Positions 29,154 through 38,618 of a stretch of DNA of 64,000 nucleotides are shown here, one piece after another. A program made the translations under genes and the position numbers. Position 1 is the first letter of the stretch; the number at the start of each line of letters is the position of its first letter. Source of the stretch: a virus (lineage: Duplodnaviria > Caudoviricetes); the IMG/VR virus record IMGVR_UViG_2703719088_000001, positions 1-64,000 of that record. The stretch is one strand, 5' to 3'. The notes beneath the pieces are model-generated. The model did not search any database and was not told where the DNA came from. It was given only the letters and a program-made list of their open reading frames with translations.

Positions 29154-30938
29154 ATGGCCGAAGATACTGTTAAAAACACGGCGATTGACCCTCGTCGGCT
29201 GTTGACAAAAAAGCCGTTCACGAGAGTTCTCCCCGGTGGAGGGTATGATCATGGTTATATGAGTGACAGCAACACTGAGATACCGGTGACGTTTGATTCC
29301 CTGAGAAGGAAAATTGTCACGCAGGAGGACTTCCTTCGCGAACTTGATCCCGCAGGACACCTCATCAACGACAAGGAGATATACCCGGACATCTGGCAGA
29401 AGAACGAGGAGGACGGACGATGGTACGTCCAGGAGATACCCCGTTATGCATTCTCCTTCCAGCAGATTATCCTCATCAAGCACCTGACGCACCTCTGCGG
29501 CAACGACATACAGTTCGAGCTGTCGGACAACGAGGTGTCCGATGACAGCACCAACACCTTCATCGCCTTCCGTAACGGCTGGGCGAAGAAGAACATGGAG
29601 ATAGCATGGTATAAGCTGGTGAAATCTGTCAAGGCGACGGGAGACGGTGCTCTTGTCGGGTATATGGACAACGGCTCGTTCGGATGGAAAGTCCTGTCGT
29701 TCCTCGACAACGACAGGCTGTACCCGCACTACAACCTCCGCACTGGAAAGATGGAGGTCTTCGCACGTACATATAGCAGCTACGGCGAGAAAGGAGATGT
29801 GCTGAAACGATATGTCGATGTGTGGGACGACAAGAACTACTACCGCTATGTCGCCGACGGAGACCCCAAAAACGCATTGGAGAAAGCCAAGCAGATTATT
29901 CTCAAGGTGTTCTCCATTGATGGGTATAAGCTTGAGGAGCAAGTCCCACATGGTTTCGACTCCATCCCAGTATCGTATAAGCGTGACGACTACGGCCCCT
30001 GTTGGACGTTCTCGCAGGAGTCAATCGAGAACTACGAGACGGGGTTTTCCAACCTGGCACACTCGAACCACAACTTCGGCCTGCCTATTATGTATGTCAA
30101 GGGCGAGGGGTCAGAAGAGGTTACCTCGCAGGATATGACCTATGCCGCAAAGATTATGATCCTGCCGTCAGACGGGGAGATAGGATTCCTGCAGAGACAG
30201 GATGCATCCAACGCATACAAATCCGAACTCGACAAGGTGGAGGAGATGATATACCGCCAATCGTTTGCTGTAAAGACTCCAGAACTCAAGAGCGGTGACA
30301 CACCTGGTGTTGCGCTGAAAATCATGTATTCTGATGCCTATGAAAAGGCCATGTCTGATTCCAACGAGTATGACGAGTGCATTGACAAGATTGTTGAAAT
30401 CTTCTCTTGGGGATACGGCATCGAGAGCGAGAAACGCCTATCATTCCTGAACACTGACATACGGCATTTCATCGAACCATATATCCATGTCAACAACAGC
30501 GAACTTGTCACGAACCTCAACACATCCGTCATCGGCAAGTTCCTCTCGCGCCAGACGGCCAGCGAGAAGAACCCGTATGCTACGCCCAACGAATGGCATC
30601 GCATCTGTCAGGAGGAGCACGACGCGCAGATGAACCAGTTGCTGCTTGAGGAGCAGAAGCTGGAGATACAGGCAGATATCAATGTCGAGCAGCAGGAGGA
30701 GTTGTCAGAAATACAGACGCAGCAGCAGATTGAGGTCGCCCAAGCGGAGCAGGGTGGTGAGGTCGCTGCGAATGGCGGTGGTAAAACCAAGAGCAAGCAT
30801 TCCGTCGCCACCGGCCACGGGCGCAAGCGGGGTAGGCCGGACATGTTGAGCAAGACCTTCGACGAGAACGGCAACGAGATAGATCCGTTGACAGGCTTGG
30901 CCAAATCCAAGTGGGACAAATACAACCGCACGCACTAA
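29154..30938 (+). CDS. Portal protein (SPP1 gp6-like)
   Basis: 594 aa directly after terL, with a coiled-coil C-terminus. Confidence 0.8.
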   Translation: MAEDTVKNTAIDPRRLLTKKPFTRVLPGGGYDHGYMSDSNTEIPVTFDSLRRKIVTQEDFLRELDPAGHLINDKEIYPDIWQKNEEDGRWYVQEIPRYAFSFQQIILIKHLTHLCGNDIQFELSDNEVSDDSTNTFIAFRNGWAKKNMEIAWYKLVKSVKATGDGALVGYMDNGSFGWKVLSFLDNDRLYPHYNLRTGKMEVFARTYSSYGEKGDVLKRYVDVWDDKNYYRYVADGDPKNALEKAKQIILKVFSIDGYKLEEQVPHGFDSIPVSYKRDDYGPCWTFSQESIENYETGFSNLAHSNHNFGLPIMYVKGEGSEEVTSQDMTYAAKIMILPSDGEIGFLQRQDASNAYKSELDKVEEMIYRQSFAVKTPELKSGDTPGVALKIMYSDAYEKAMSDSNEYDECIDKIVEIFSWGYGIESEKRLSFLNTDIRHFIEPYIHVNNSELVTNLNTSVIGKFLSRQTASEKNPYATPNEWHRICQEEHDAQMNQLLLEEQKLEIQADINVEQQEELSEIQTQQQIEVAQAEQGGEVAANGGGKTKSKHSVATGHGRKRGRPDMLSKTFDENGNEIDPLTGLAKSKWDKYNRTH

Positions 30939-30941
30939 TAC

Positions 30942-31811
30942 ATGGCAGACAGCATCAAGATAACGCTCGACACAAGGAAATATAAAGCCCCAACGGAAGA
31001 TGACATCCGTCAGGCCAAGCAGTATATCCTTGACCGCGAGGATTGCGCAATCGCCCTTGGCGAACGTATCGACGAAATCCTTTCCGATGCCGCCGTGCGT
31101 GTTGTCACCATCTGCTACAAGTACGGTGTCGATCCGAAAGACCTTATCTTCTCCTACGCCTTTAACAAGGATATGATGGATGAGATAGAGGCTGTCATGG
31201 ATGAGATAGAGGAGGAAATTTACGACCTCATCCTTGAATACGCCACACGCTCGACACGCGATAGGTCTATACTGCCACTCCTTGTGGCATGGATAATATC
31301 CCTTGGAAGGGGTAACAAGAACCTTCACGAAACCCTTGAAGGTTATCTATACAAAACGATGATGGATTGGGAGACGGCCATTGCCGCTATGATGTACATG
31401 GGTGTGCCGCTCTCAGATGCCGTTGTCAAAATCAGGATGTATCTCCATGACATCTATAGCATGCCGGAGGTGCTGACGGCCATGCGCCGCCGTCAGGATT
31501 TCTCGGCGACATACATCCGTATGGGCGGCGTACAGCAGGGTGCTGTTGGCATCTCAAACAACGGGTCGACGAATGTTGTCAACATGGGCAAGATAACCGT
31601 ACAGATGGCATGGATGAAGGCATATATGCAGGAGATGGACGACGATGACGAGATAGCGGGGTGGTATATCCTTCGTGGTAGCGACTACCAGTGCCGTTCG
31701 TGTGACGCGGTAGTGGGTTTCCACACCTTTGACGAAGGCATCACACTCATTCCCAGGCATCCGCATTGCAAATGCTATTGCGTGCCTATTTTAAAGAACC
31801 AAGTAGAATAA
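30942..31811 (+). CDS. MuF / SPP1 gp7-like head morphogenesis protein
   Basis: C-terminal CRSC...PRHPHCKC motif (HPNCRC type); follows the portal gene. Confidence 0.7.
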   Translation: MADSIKITLDTRKYKAPTEDDIRQAKQYILDREDCAIALGERIDEILSDAAVRVVTICYKYGVDPKDLIFSYAFNKDMMDEIEAVMDEIEEEIYDLILEYATRSTRDRSILPLLVAWIISLGRGNKNLHETLEGYLYKTMMDWETAIAAMMYMGVPLSDAVVKIRMYLHDIYSMPEVLTAMRRRQDFSATYIRMGGVQQGAVGISNNGSTNVVNMGKITVQMAWMKAYMQEMDDDDEIAGWYILRGSDYQCRSCDAVVGFHTFDEGITLIPRHPHCKCYCVPILKNQVE

Positions 31812-31815
31812 TAAT

Positions 31816-32349
31816 ATGGAACTGTCACAATCGAAGATGAACGAAGCCAAGCGGCTCGGTGCGCCGGTCAACTACCTTGTCATGGCCGACCTCATGGTAT
31901 TAGGTTATACGGAAAACGATGCGTATATCATCGCCTACCCGGAGAATGTTGTCCTTGACGCCCCTCGTAACAAGAGTATCAGGGAGAAGATCCTGTCATC
32001 GGCCAAGTTCAAGCAGGTCATGGACAAGCGTATGAAGAAGAGCGAGGACAGCGAGATAGCGAACTTCCTGTCCTCCACGGAAGAACTCATCGACAAGAAG
32101 GATACGGCGAAGCTTATCCTCACTGCCGCCCTCAAGCAGCCCAAGGACAGCAAGGAACGCATCGAGGGTCTGATGAAGTACTCGGATCTCATGGGATACA
32201 AGAAGGAGGATACGGCTGGTGACGGCACGGAGGCTATTGAGTTTTTCCTGCCGTTGAAGTGCAACCGATGCCGTCTGCTCAAGGAGTACAATGAGAATGC
32301 GGCAAAGCCGGTGCGTCCTGTCGAGGCGGAGAAACTACTTGTGGATTAG
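31816..32349 (+). CDS. Hypothetical protein, possibly terminase small subunit
   Basis: 177 aa, helical, in the packaging operon. The TerS call is inference only. Confidence 0.35.
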   Translation: MELSQSKMNEAKRLGAPVNYLVMADLMVLGYTENDAYIIAYPENVVLDAPRNKSIREKILSSAKFKQVMDKRMKKSEDSEIANFLSSTEELIDKKDTAKLILTAALKQPKDSKERIEGLMKYSDLMGYKKEDTAGDGTEAIEFFLPLKCNRCRLLKEYNENAAKPVRPVEAEKLLVD

Positions 32350-32428
32350 TTAATAATCTGTAATTTTACACCAATGGTAGCGTGTGGTTTTGTCTGTTTA
32401 ATATTTTTGCATGACAAAAACATATGCT

Positions 32429-33223
32429 ATGAAACGGAAAAACATTATCTTGCTTTTATTGCTCCTTGTCTCATGCGACAAAGATATTGTGGTGACACAC
32501 GAGTATGAAAACCTGATGTTGTATGCCGGCACGGAGGAGGCTCTTGTCGGCAAGAACATCGACAAGACAGTGTGGACGAGCACCAACTACTGGACGGCGC
32601 ATATCGAAGGCAGCACCTTGTATGCCGATCTTGTCGGATACACCGCCTTGTCATCGCCGGACTGTGAGAATAGTATCTACGTCGATGTCAAGCCCAACCG
32701 TAGGCTGGACTCGTACAGCATGTGCTTCGGATATTCAAAGAGCGATGTGTGGAATTCTTTCTCCGAGGTGCGGACGTGCTCATCCGACAAGACGACTGTC
32801 ACCGTATATGAGGGTTCGAAGTCAAATCCTAAGTTTATAACCACATATTTCTTTGAGGACGACAGGTGTGAGGCGATGGGCGTGTATTATGTCAATAGGT
32901 ACTACAAATACACGGATATCCTTGCCGCCGTGATGGAGCGTTATTATTACCTGTACAGCGAGCATAACAGCGACAGTAACCTTGTCGGGTATTTTGCCAA
33001 GCTGTCGGGTGACGGGATGCTACATGACGATATGAAATATTCGGCTTTCGAAGACCGGTACGCTTGGGTCGAGATGGTCGTTACGATCGGGGAACACGAC
33101 ACTGGCACAGCCGTGACATTTTATAATATCCAGAGCGACAAGCTGTTCAAGGATGCCAAGGCGAGGTCTCTGCCAGATGCCATCAGGTGTCTTCCACAGG
33201 TGGGATATCCAAGCAGGGAATAG
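32429..33223 (+). CDS. Lipoprotein with N-terminal Ig-like segment (moron)
   Basis: MKRKNIILLLLLLVSC signal peptide II and lipobox; own AT-rich upstream region; lower GC content. Confidence 0.75.
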   Translation: MKRKNIILLLLLLVSCDKDIVVTHEYENLMLYAGTEEALVGKNIDKTVWTSTNYWTAHIEGSTLYADLVGYTALSSPDCENSIYVDVKPNRRLDSYSMCFGYSKSDVWNSFSEVRTCSSDKTTVTVYEGSKSNPKFITTYFFEDDRCEAMGVYYVNRYYKYTDILAAVMERYYYLYSEHNSDSNLVGYFAKLSGDGMLHDDMKYSAFEDRYAWVEMVVTIGEHDTGTAVTFYNIQSDKLFKDAKARSLPDAIRCLPQVGYPSRE

Positions 33224-33237
33224 TGATAAAGCAACAA

Positions 33238-33257
33238 AGGCCGGGGTTTCCCGGCCT
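33238..33257. terminator. Terminator hairpin between convergent genes
   Basis: AGGCCGGG-GTTT-CCCGGCCT; the A-rich left flank gives a U-tract on the minus strand. Confidence 0.65.
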
Positions 33258-33276
33258 CTGTCATTGGTAGGTGGTA

Positions 33277-33768
33277 CTATTCTTTTTCCATTATCTGTAG
33301 TGCCCTTTCGGTGCGCTCAGTGTCTTTGTCGTTGGTGAAGTCCTTCTGCAGCTTATCATATTCCTTATGCCAGGCTATGAGGGCTTTGACAACCTTGTTG
33401 ACATCCTTCATAAACGCCCTGTGGCCGCGTCCGCCAATACGTAGCAGCGACGGGTCGGCATAGGCGGTGTTGACCATCATCACCAGTTGCTGGTAGTATC
33501 CGTTTGGGATGGTGCTGACGCACGACATATTGGTGAAGAACGTCATAAACATACTGCTGTCGCCGTCCTCGGCGTACTTGGCGTACATATCGGTCAGTAT
33601 GGTGAACATATCCGACCACTGCGGTATGCGCACCTGCCAGCTGCCGTCGGTGTTGGCCACAACAATCTGCTCGATACGCTCGCCGTCGATAGTGGTGGTC
33701 ATCCTACGAAGGGAGAAGTTGCCAACCATAGTCTTTCCCATGAACGGGATGGTCTTGTCCTTTTCCAT
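33277..33768 (-). CDS. Hypothetical protein
   Basis: 163-aa ORF, tightly packed in its operon. Confidence 0.65.
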   Translation of the reverse strand: MEKDKTIPFMGKTMVGNFSLRRMTTTIDGERIEQIVVANTDGSWQVRIPQWSDMFTILTDMYAKYAEDGDSSMFMTFFTNMSCVSTIPNGYYQQLVMMVNTAYADPSLLRIGGRGHRAFMKDVNKVVKALIAWHKEYDKLQKDFTNDKDTERTERALQIMEKE

Positions 33769-33770
33769 GA

Positions 33771-34292
33771 CTACTTACTGGTGTTCCTTGTTCGAGGTTT
33801 GCGTGGGGTCTTTTTCTCGACCTTGGCAGGGGCTTTATCTCCGGCAGGTTCTTCAGCACCGGCGGCGGCTTCGTTCTCCTGAGAGTCGTTCTCATCATCT
33901 TCGTCATTGTCATCTTCGTCATTGTCACCGCCGTCTTCGTCCTGAGGTTCGCCCTGATGTTCGCCCTGATGTTCACCCTGACCGACATTCTCTTCGTTGT
34001 TTTCCTGGCCTTCGTTGTCTACAGTCGTATTTTCGGGTTCTGCCGCGCTGTTCTCCTCGGCGGCGGCTTCGTTCTCCTTCTCAACATCCTTCTCGGCCTC
34101 ATTCTCTGCTTCCTGCAGTTTCTTTTTGCGATCCTCCTGCTCCTTGATGACACGCTCCCTGTTCTTGGCGAAGCGTTCACGCATTTCAGACAGGCGTTCT
34201 ACGCCCGGTTTAGCGTTTTTCTTCTTGGCGACGGTCTTCATGCCGGTGTCGCTCCATGCCTTTTTCTGGCTTCCTACTTTGATCTGTCCCAT
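33771..34292 (-). CDS. Low-complexity protein with basic termini and a D/E/N-rich centre
   Basis: 173-aa ORF with GEHQ-GEHQ-GEPQ tandem repeats at about 33945-33985. Confidence 0.65.
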   Translation of the reverse strand: MGQIKVGSQKKAWSDTGMKTVAKKKNAKPGVERLSEMRERFAKNRERVIKEQEDRKKKLQEAENEAEKDVEKENEAAAEENSAAEPENTTVDNEGQENNEENVGQGEHQGEHQGEPQDEDGGDNDEDDNDEDDENDSQENEAAAGAEEPAGDKAPAKVEKKTPRKPRTRNTSK

Positions 34293-34318
34293 AGCTTTTT
34301 GTTTAGTTGTTAAATAGG

Positions 34319-34555
34319 TTAGTTGATGTCATTGTGGCGGTCTTCCTCGTTGCGGATGAAGACATTGACTTCTTCGAAGCCGGTGTTGTTCACGACCCAT
34401 TCGACGCCTGTGACGTTCCATAGGGGCGATGTGCCGTGGCCGTCGGTGTAGATTTCATCCATGTCTGTGACGGTGATGAAGTCACCGATGCGCGGGACGA
34501 ACGGCAGTTCGACGGTCGTTTCCTTGAGTTGTCTGGTGATTAAATTTACCTTCAT
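34319..34555 (-). CDS. Hypothetical protein
   Basis: 78-aa ORF (LPFVPRIGDFI motif) with an A-rich leader. Confidence 0.65.
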   Translation of the reverse strand: MKVNLITRQLKETTVELPFVPRIGDFITVTDMDEIYTDGHGTSPLWNVTGVEWVVNNTGFEEVNVFIRNEEDRHNDIN

Positions 34556-34573
34556 ATCGTTTGTTTTTAAGGG

Positions 34574-34750
34574 TTAGAAATTGATGAACGCCTCGACATC
34601 GAGATAGTCGATGCCGAAGGCTTCGGCGCAGCGTCTGTCGCTGTCTCCGAAGTCGCCGCCCTTGCCGCTGGCGTCGCCTATCATAAGCATATTGGCCTTG
34701 TCCCTGAGGTCGCTGTCGGCAAAGAGCAGTAGTTTGTTGTTTATATTCAT
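34574..34750 (-). pseudogene. C-terminal fragment of a HAD-IIIA / polynucleotide 3'-phosphatase
   Basis: MIGDASGKGGDFGDSDRRCAEAFGIDY matches the HAD motif IV tail of PNKP-type phosphatases. The N-terminal DxD motif is absent (58 aa). Confidence 0.55.
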
Positions 34751-36195
34751 AATGTCAAAGCGTTTGTGACGTTCTTGTCTGTGAAGATGCCGTAAATGTA
34801 CCCGATGCTGGAGCGTTTGCGGTTGCCGCCGTTCCAGTGCCACCCCAGGCGTGACATCTCGCTGCCGAAGCGTCGCTGTGACACCGGCTCCTGGAGTTCC
34901 TTCTCGCAGAAGGACACGTACTCCTCGTACAGGGCTTGCGCCTGCACCCACTGCGGCTTGTCCTCCCAGTGGCCGCTACGCCTGTCGCAGCGGTAGCCCC
35001 TGCGTGAGAGGAACACCTGCACGCTCTGGCCGTTCTCAAGCATATAGTCCTCCATCTCCTCAGTGTCGTTCGTCAGGTCGAAGCGGTAGCCGTCGCTGAC
35101 CAGCCTACGGTAGCCTTCGATCATCCAGTTGCGTATGCCCGGCAACTCGGACATCAACTCCGACGACAGCTCGCGGTTCATATCTGATGCCGTGACGGAC
35201 GTGCGGAAGGGAACAAACAGCAGCCTTCTCACCAAAGCCCTATCCATGTTCCTGTCCGACGGGCGGCGGTTCATGTTGAACACCAGAAATGGTATGTCAG
35301 TGGCTGTCTCCGGATTGCACCCCAGACGACGTACTGTCTGAGGCTCACCTGAACACAGGCTCTTGAACGTGTCGCTGAAACGTGATATATCGTCGCTCTG
35401 TATCTCCGAGCAGTAGTTGAACACCTTGCCTACGATGCTGCCGATGAATCGCGCCCGAACGTCGGATGAACCGCATAGCAACGAATCCAATGCCACGTAG
35501 GAGATGTTGTCATGGCCGTATACGGCTCGCACGACATCAAATATCGTGCTCTTGCCATTCGCTCCGCCGCCTATCAACCACAACGTCTCCTCTATCTTAT
35601 GACTCATCGTGCGACGGTCTACACATCCAAGACCAAAGAACTTCTGCAACTTCATGATATCACCTTTCGGCAACACACTCTGCAAGAACGACTGCCATCT
35701 CGGACACACCGCATGTTCGTCATACTCGTATGGCAACAGACTCGTTACAGGCATCCTATCGGAAAACGTGTGGTACACCGGATGGTCTATGTCACTGAAA
35801 TCCCACACACCATTGCTGAAACCAACAATATTCGCAGATAACTTCAACGGTGACATCGTAGCACCACCCTTCGCACTGTACAGTATCTTCGCCCTGCCGT
35901 TCACCATGTCACCAGGCGGCACTCCACACTTCACCATAGCCTTGTTTACAGCACTCTCCAACACAATGTCCTCAACAGGACACCATACACGTCCATCGTG
36001 CCTATACACCTGACCACCGTACCACCGGAACGCCTCCGCACATGCACGCATGACCACATCTTGATAACCGTACAAACGCTCACCAAAACGAGCCTGCTGA
36101 TATGCAGTTCGTACATCACGTTTATTGAGACTCCTAACTATCTCATTACTAAGCGTCTCTATAACTTCCATGCACGTTTTTCCCGGTTTTACCAT
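34747..36195 (-). CDS. D5/P4-type primase-associated SF3 helicase
   Basis: D5-N-like VGFSNGVWD; Walker A GGGANGKST; motif B/C region CSEI...LVFNMN; C-terminal winged-helix-like LYEEYVSFC. Confidence 0.88.
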   Translation of the reverse strand: MVKPGKTCMEVIETLSNEIVRSLNKRDVRTAYQQARFGERLYGYQDVVMRACAEAFRWYGGQVYRHDGRVWCPVEDIVLESAVNKAMVKCGVPPGDMVNGRAKILYSAKGGATMSPLKLSANIVGFSNGVWDFSDIDHPVYHTFSDRMPVTSLLPYEYDEHAVCPRWQSFLQSVLPKGDIMKLQKFFGLGCVDRRTMSHKIEETLWLIGGGANGKSTIFDVVRAVYGHDNISYVALDSLLCGSSDVRARFIGSIVGKVFNYCSEIQSDDISRFSDTFKSLCSGEPQTVRRLGCNPETATDIPFLVFNMNRRPSDRNMDRALVRRLLFVPFRTSVTASDMNRELSSELMSELPGIRNWMIEGYRRLVSDGYRFDLTNDTEEMEDYMLENGQSVQVFLSRRGYRCDRRSGHWEDKPQWVQAQALYEEYVSFCEKELQEPVSQRRFGSEMSRLGWHWNGGNRKRSSIGYIYGIFTDKNVTNALTL

Positions 36196-36199
36196 AGTT

Positions 36200-37200
36200 C
36201 TAAATAAGAATAATATAAACCCAAGTTCCCTACGTCAAGAATTTTGTTCATTTACTACACAAGGTACACTAACCGCAAAGTTATGGACTATATATCAGCA
36301 TAATACACCTATCACTGGAAATCTGACCCTTGATACACTAACACCACCTTTATGCACCATTTTCAGAATTTTAACCCCAAAATCCTCCATTTTCTACTCT
36401 TTGTTTATGATTTTTTAACATTGCACCAAATAGCACCAAAACGCCCACCAACAACAGCCTGTGTACGATTTTTACCCAAAACCAAAAATCACGACTTTCT
36501 CTCTTCTTTTTTTTATTTTTCTTCTACTCTTCCCAAAAACCATTCCTATAACCCCTTTTTCATACACCTACGCATAACGTTCATTCAATTCAAACCATTC
36601 GATGTTTCCTATCTAACACCTTTGAAAAGCCCGTTGGAATATCATCATATCGACTCCAATAAGATGATTATCCCTCTATCATGAATGTCGTTGAAAAATC
36701 ATCTTTCATCATACATCTGATGTAATATCAGTCATACAGTGGAGTAGAAAGTCTCTTCACACGTCTGAAAACGTAAAATTCAAAAATTAAAAAATGAAAA
36801 ATCTCGACGTAAGGTCATGGTATGGAACCGGTACATATAAAAAGGGGGTGCACCCCCTGTTAAAATCTGTTAAAATGATACATTATATTAATAATCAATC
36901 AGTTACATAGAAATGTTTAAAGTACTTGCTTTATCAAATAGCCACAAAGTCACTGAAATACAACTGTTAAAATGTAAACATCTATTAACAATTCAAATCC
37001 GCCAAAATGACAAATATTTGCACCCCTATTTGTCAGATTACCTCTATAAACTAAATAATCATTAACACTTCAAGCCCTGATTTAACTACATTGATAGCCG
37101 AATCCGGTTAAAAAACCCTAACAATTTAACACTAATAAAGTATCCCCGCTTTAGTAATACAATATAAAGTATTATCTTAGCTATTGAAATATGATAGTAT
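36200..37200. other. AT-rich non-coding region; putative genome terminus, packaging site or origin
   Basis: About 1 kb with no credible ORF, between divergent units; contains a palindrome and TGTTAAAAT repeats. Confidence 0.5.
36843..36876. repeat. Perfect 16-bp palindrome AGGGGGTGCACCCCCT followed by tandem TGTTAAAAT repeats
   Basis: Read directly: palindrome 36843-36858; TGTTAAAAT at 36858, 36868 and again at 36965. Confidence 0.85.
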
Positions 37201-37228
37201 ATTTCACAATTTAAATTTATTAACAATT

Positions 37229-37996
37229 ATGACAGACAAGAAACAAAAAGCCGCCGCCGCCGTCAATGCGGCTGCTTTGGCTGCTTCTGTTGAAATTGCA
37301 GAAGTACAGAAAGAAATGACAACCAGACCCGAAACGGGCAAAGGAAACGACAAAGGCGAAAAAGAAACCGCTAACAAGGGCCGGACGAAATCCGAAATTT
37401 TCGGAGATGTAGAAAAAATGTTTTGTTCCGCTTTCAATCCTGCAGACCTCAAAAAATTGCAAGCCCTGAAAGACAGCGGATTAATAGACGAAACAACTTT
37501 TTCCGCTATCCTTGAAACAAAAGGTATTGTAAACCTTGAAGAGGAAATCAACAAAGGAACAAAAGAAATGACTTTTGCCGCTTTTGTTGAAACCTTAAAA
37601 GGAAATGAAGTCTTATACAATGAAGTTTTGTCTTCTTTAGGTATAGAAGAAACGGACTTTATCGAAGACAGATTTAAAACAAACGGCGTTTTCGGTTTTT
37701 ATTCTACCATGACCCCAGAAGACTACGAAAAAACCGAAGACAAAACAGGGATTCAGAATATCGGTAATAACTATTTTCGTCTCGTTACATGCGAAAGTAA
37801 CGCAATAGGTATTCTAAAAAGTATCAGATATTCCACTACATTATTAGACGCAAAGCAAGCCGAAGCAAAACGTAAAATAAAAGCGAAGCGAAGCGAAGCC
37901 GATAAAATTGGCGAAATGATTGCAAATCTTTTATTTGAAAAAAACAGCCGCGAAGAGTGGAAACAAGTACTAACTAATTTTGCCGCTGGTTTCTAA
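37229..37996 (+). CDS. First early gene, hypothetical
   Basis: MTDKKQKAAAAV start after an A-rich leader; own terminator. Confidence 0.75.
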   Translation: MTDKKQKAAAAVNAAALAASVEIAEVQKEMTTRPETGKGNDKGEKETANKGRTKSEIFGDVEKMFCSAFNPADLKKLQALKDSGLIDETTFSAILETKGIVNLEEEINKGTKEMTFAAFVETLKGNEVLYNEVLSSLGIEETDFIEDRFKTNGVFGFYSTMTPEDYEKTEDKTGIQNIGNNYFRLVTCESNAIGILKSIRYSTTLLDAKQAEAKRKIKAKRSEADKIGEMIANLLFEKNSREEWKQVLTNFAAGF

Positions 37997-38012
37997 ACTA
38001 AACCAGACCCAC

Positions 38013-38041
38013 AAAAGGCCGCCAATTTGACGGCCTTTTTT
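38013..38041 (+). terminator. Intrinsic terminator
   Basis: AAAAGGCCG-CCAATTTGA-CGGCCTTTTTT. Confidence 0.8.
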
Positions 38042-38043
38042 AA

Positions 38044-38096
38044 TGCCCTTTTGGAAACGGACTTGATCCGGCTGGGTTCAACTCCCAGGGGGCAAC
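38044..38096 (+). ncRNA. tRNA-like mini-element (acceptor-like stem plus T-arm, no D-arm)
   Basis: CTGGG-TTCAACT-CCCAG T-arm; TGCCCT/GGGGCA closing stem; internal CGGA-CTTGA-TCCG hairpin. Confidence 0.35.
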
Positions 38097-38504
38097 AAAA
38101 ATGATCTTTGAAATAATTAGACCACACGACAAGAACAGACAGCCATGAAGATCCTGCGATGATATTTCCATTGAATTATCGGGGGAATGTAGCGGGAAAA
38201 TTATTTGCGGTTTCGGCTGCGATAATTTCTGACAGAGTGAATAACTGCTGCGAGGAAACATTTGCGAGAACTATTCCAAGCGGCAAGGCTGATAATTCTG
38301 TTTCTTTCGTCCCATGTTCAGAAAGACGTGGGTTAATATCCAAGGGATATTTTAGATGTGAGTGGTGAGAAAAAGTCCATAATTGAATTTAGGGTTTTTA
38401 TTGGGTTGGGCAGTACTTGTACGGCCTGGCCTATCATGGACGGGGAACTTGAAAAATAGTTTCCCGTTCTCAAAACATTTGTTTCACCATTAAATTTTAC
38501 GATT

Positions 38505-38618
38505 ATGAGCAAAGAACGATTTGAAGAACTTGTGAATTCCTGCGGTATTGAGGTAGGAATTGAGATGTATTGCAGTGAAGAATCATTTGAAGAACTTGAT
38601 TACGATGATTTCTGCTGA
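38505..38618 (+). CDS. 37-aa acidic peptide (below the ORF-track cutoff)
   Basis: MSKERFEELVNSCGIEVGIEMYCSEESFEELDYDDFC, following a hairpin and a TTTCACC...ATTATG leader. Confidence 0.55.
   Translation: MSKERFEELVNSCGIEVGIEMYCSEESFEELDYDDFC

Noticed and set aside
34574-34951. 125-aa ORF as listed in the track
   Set aside because: Its first 67 codons overlap the helicase gene out of frame; only the part from ATG 34750 has recognisable motifs.
38044-38096. Bona fide tRNA gene
   Set aside because: No D-arm, a non-canonical anticodon arm, about 53 nt long and no CCA; kept only as a tRNA-like element.
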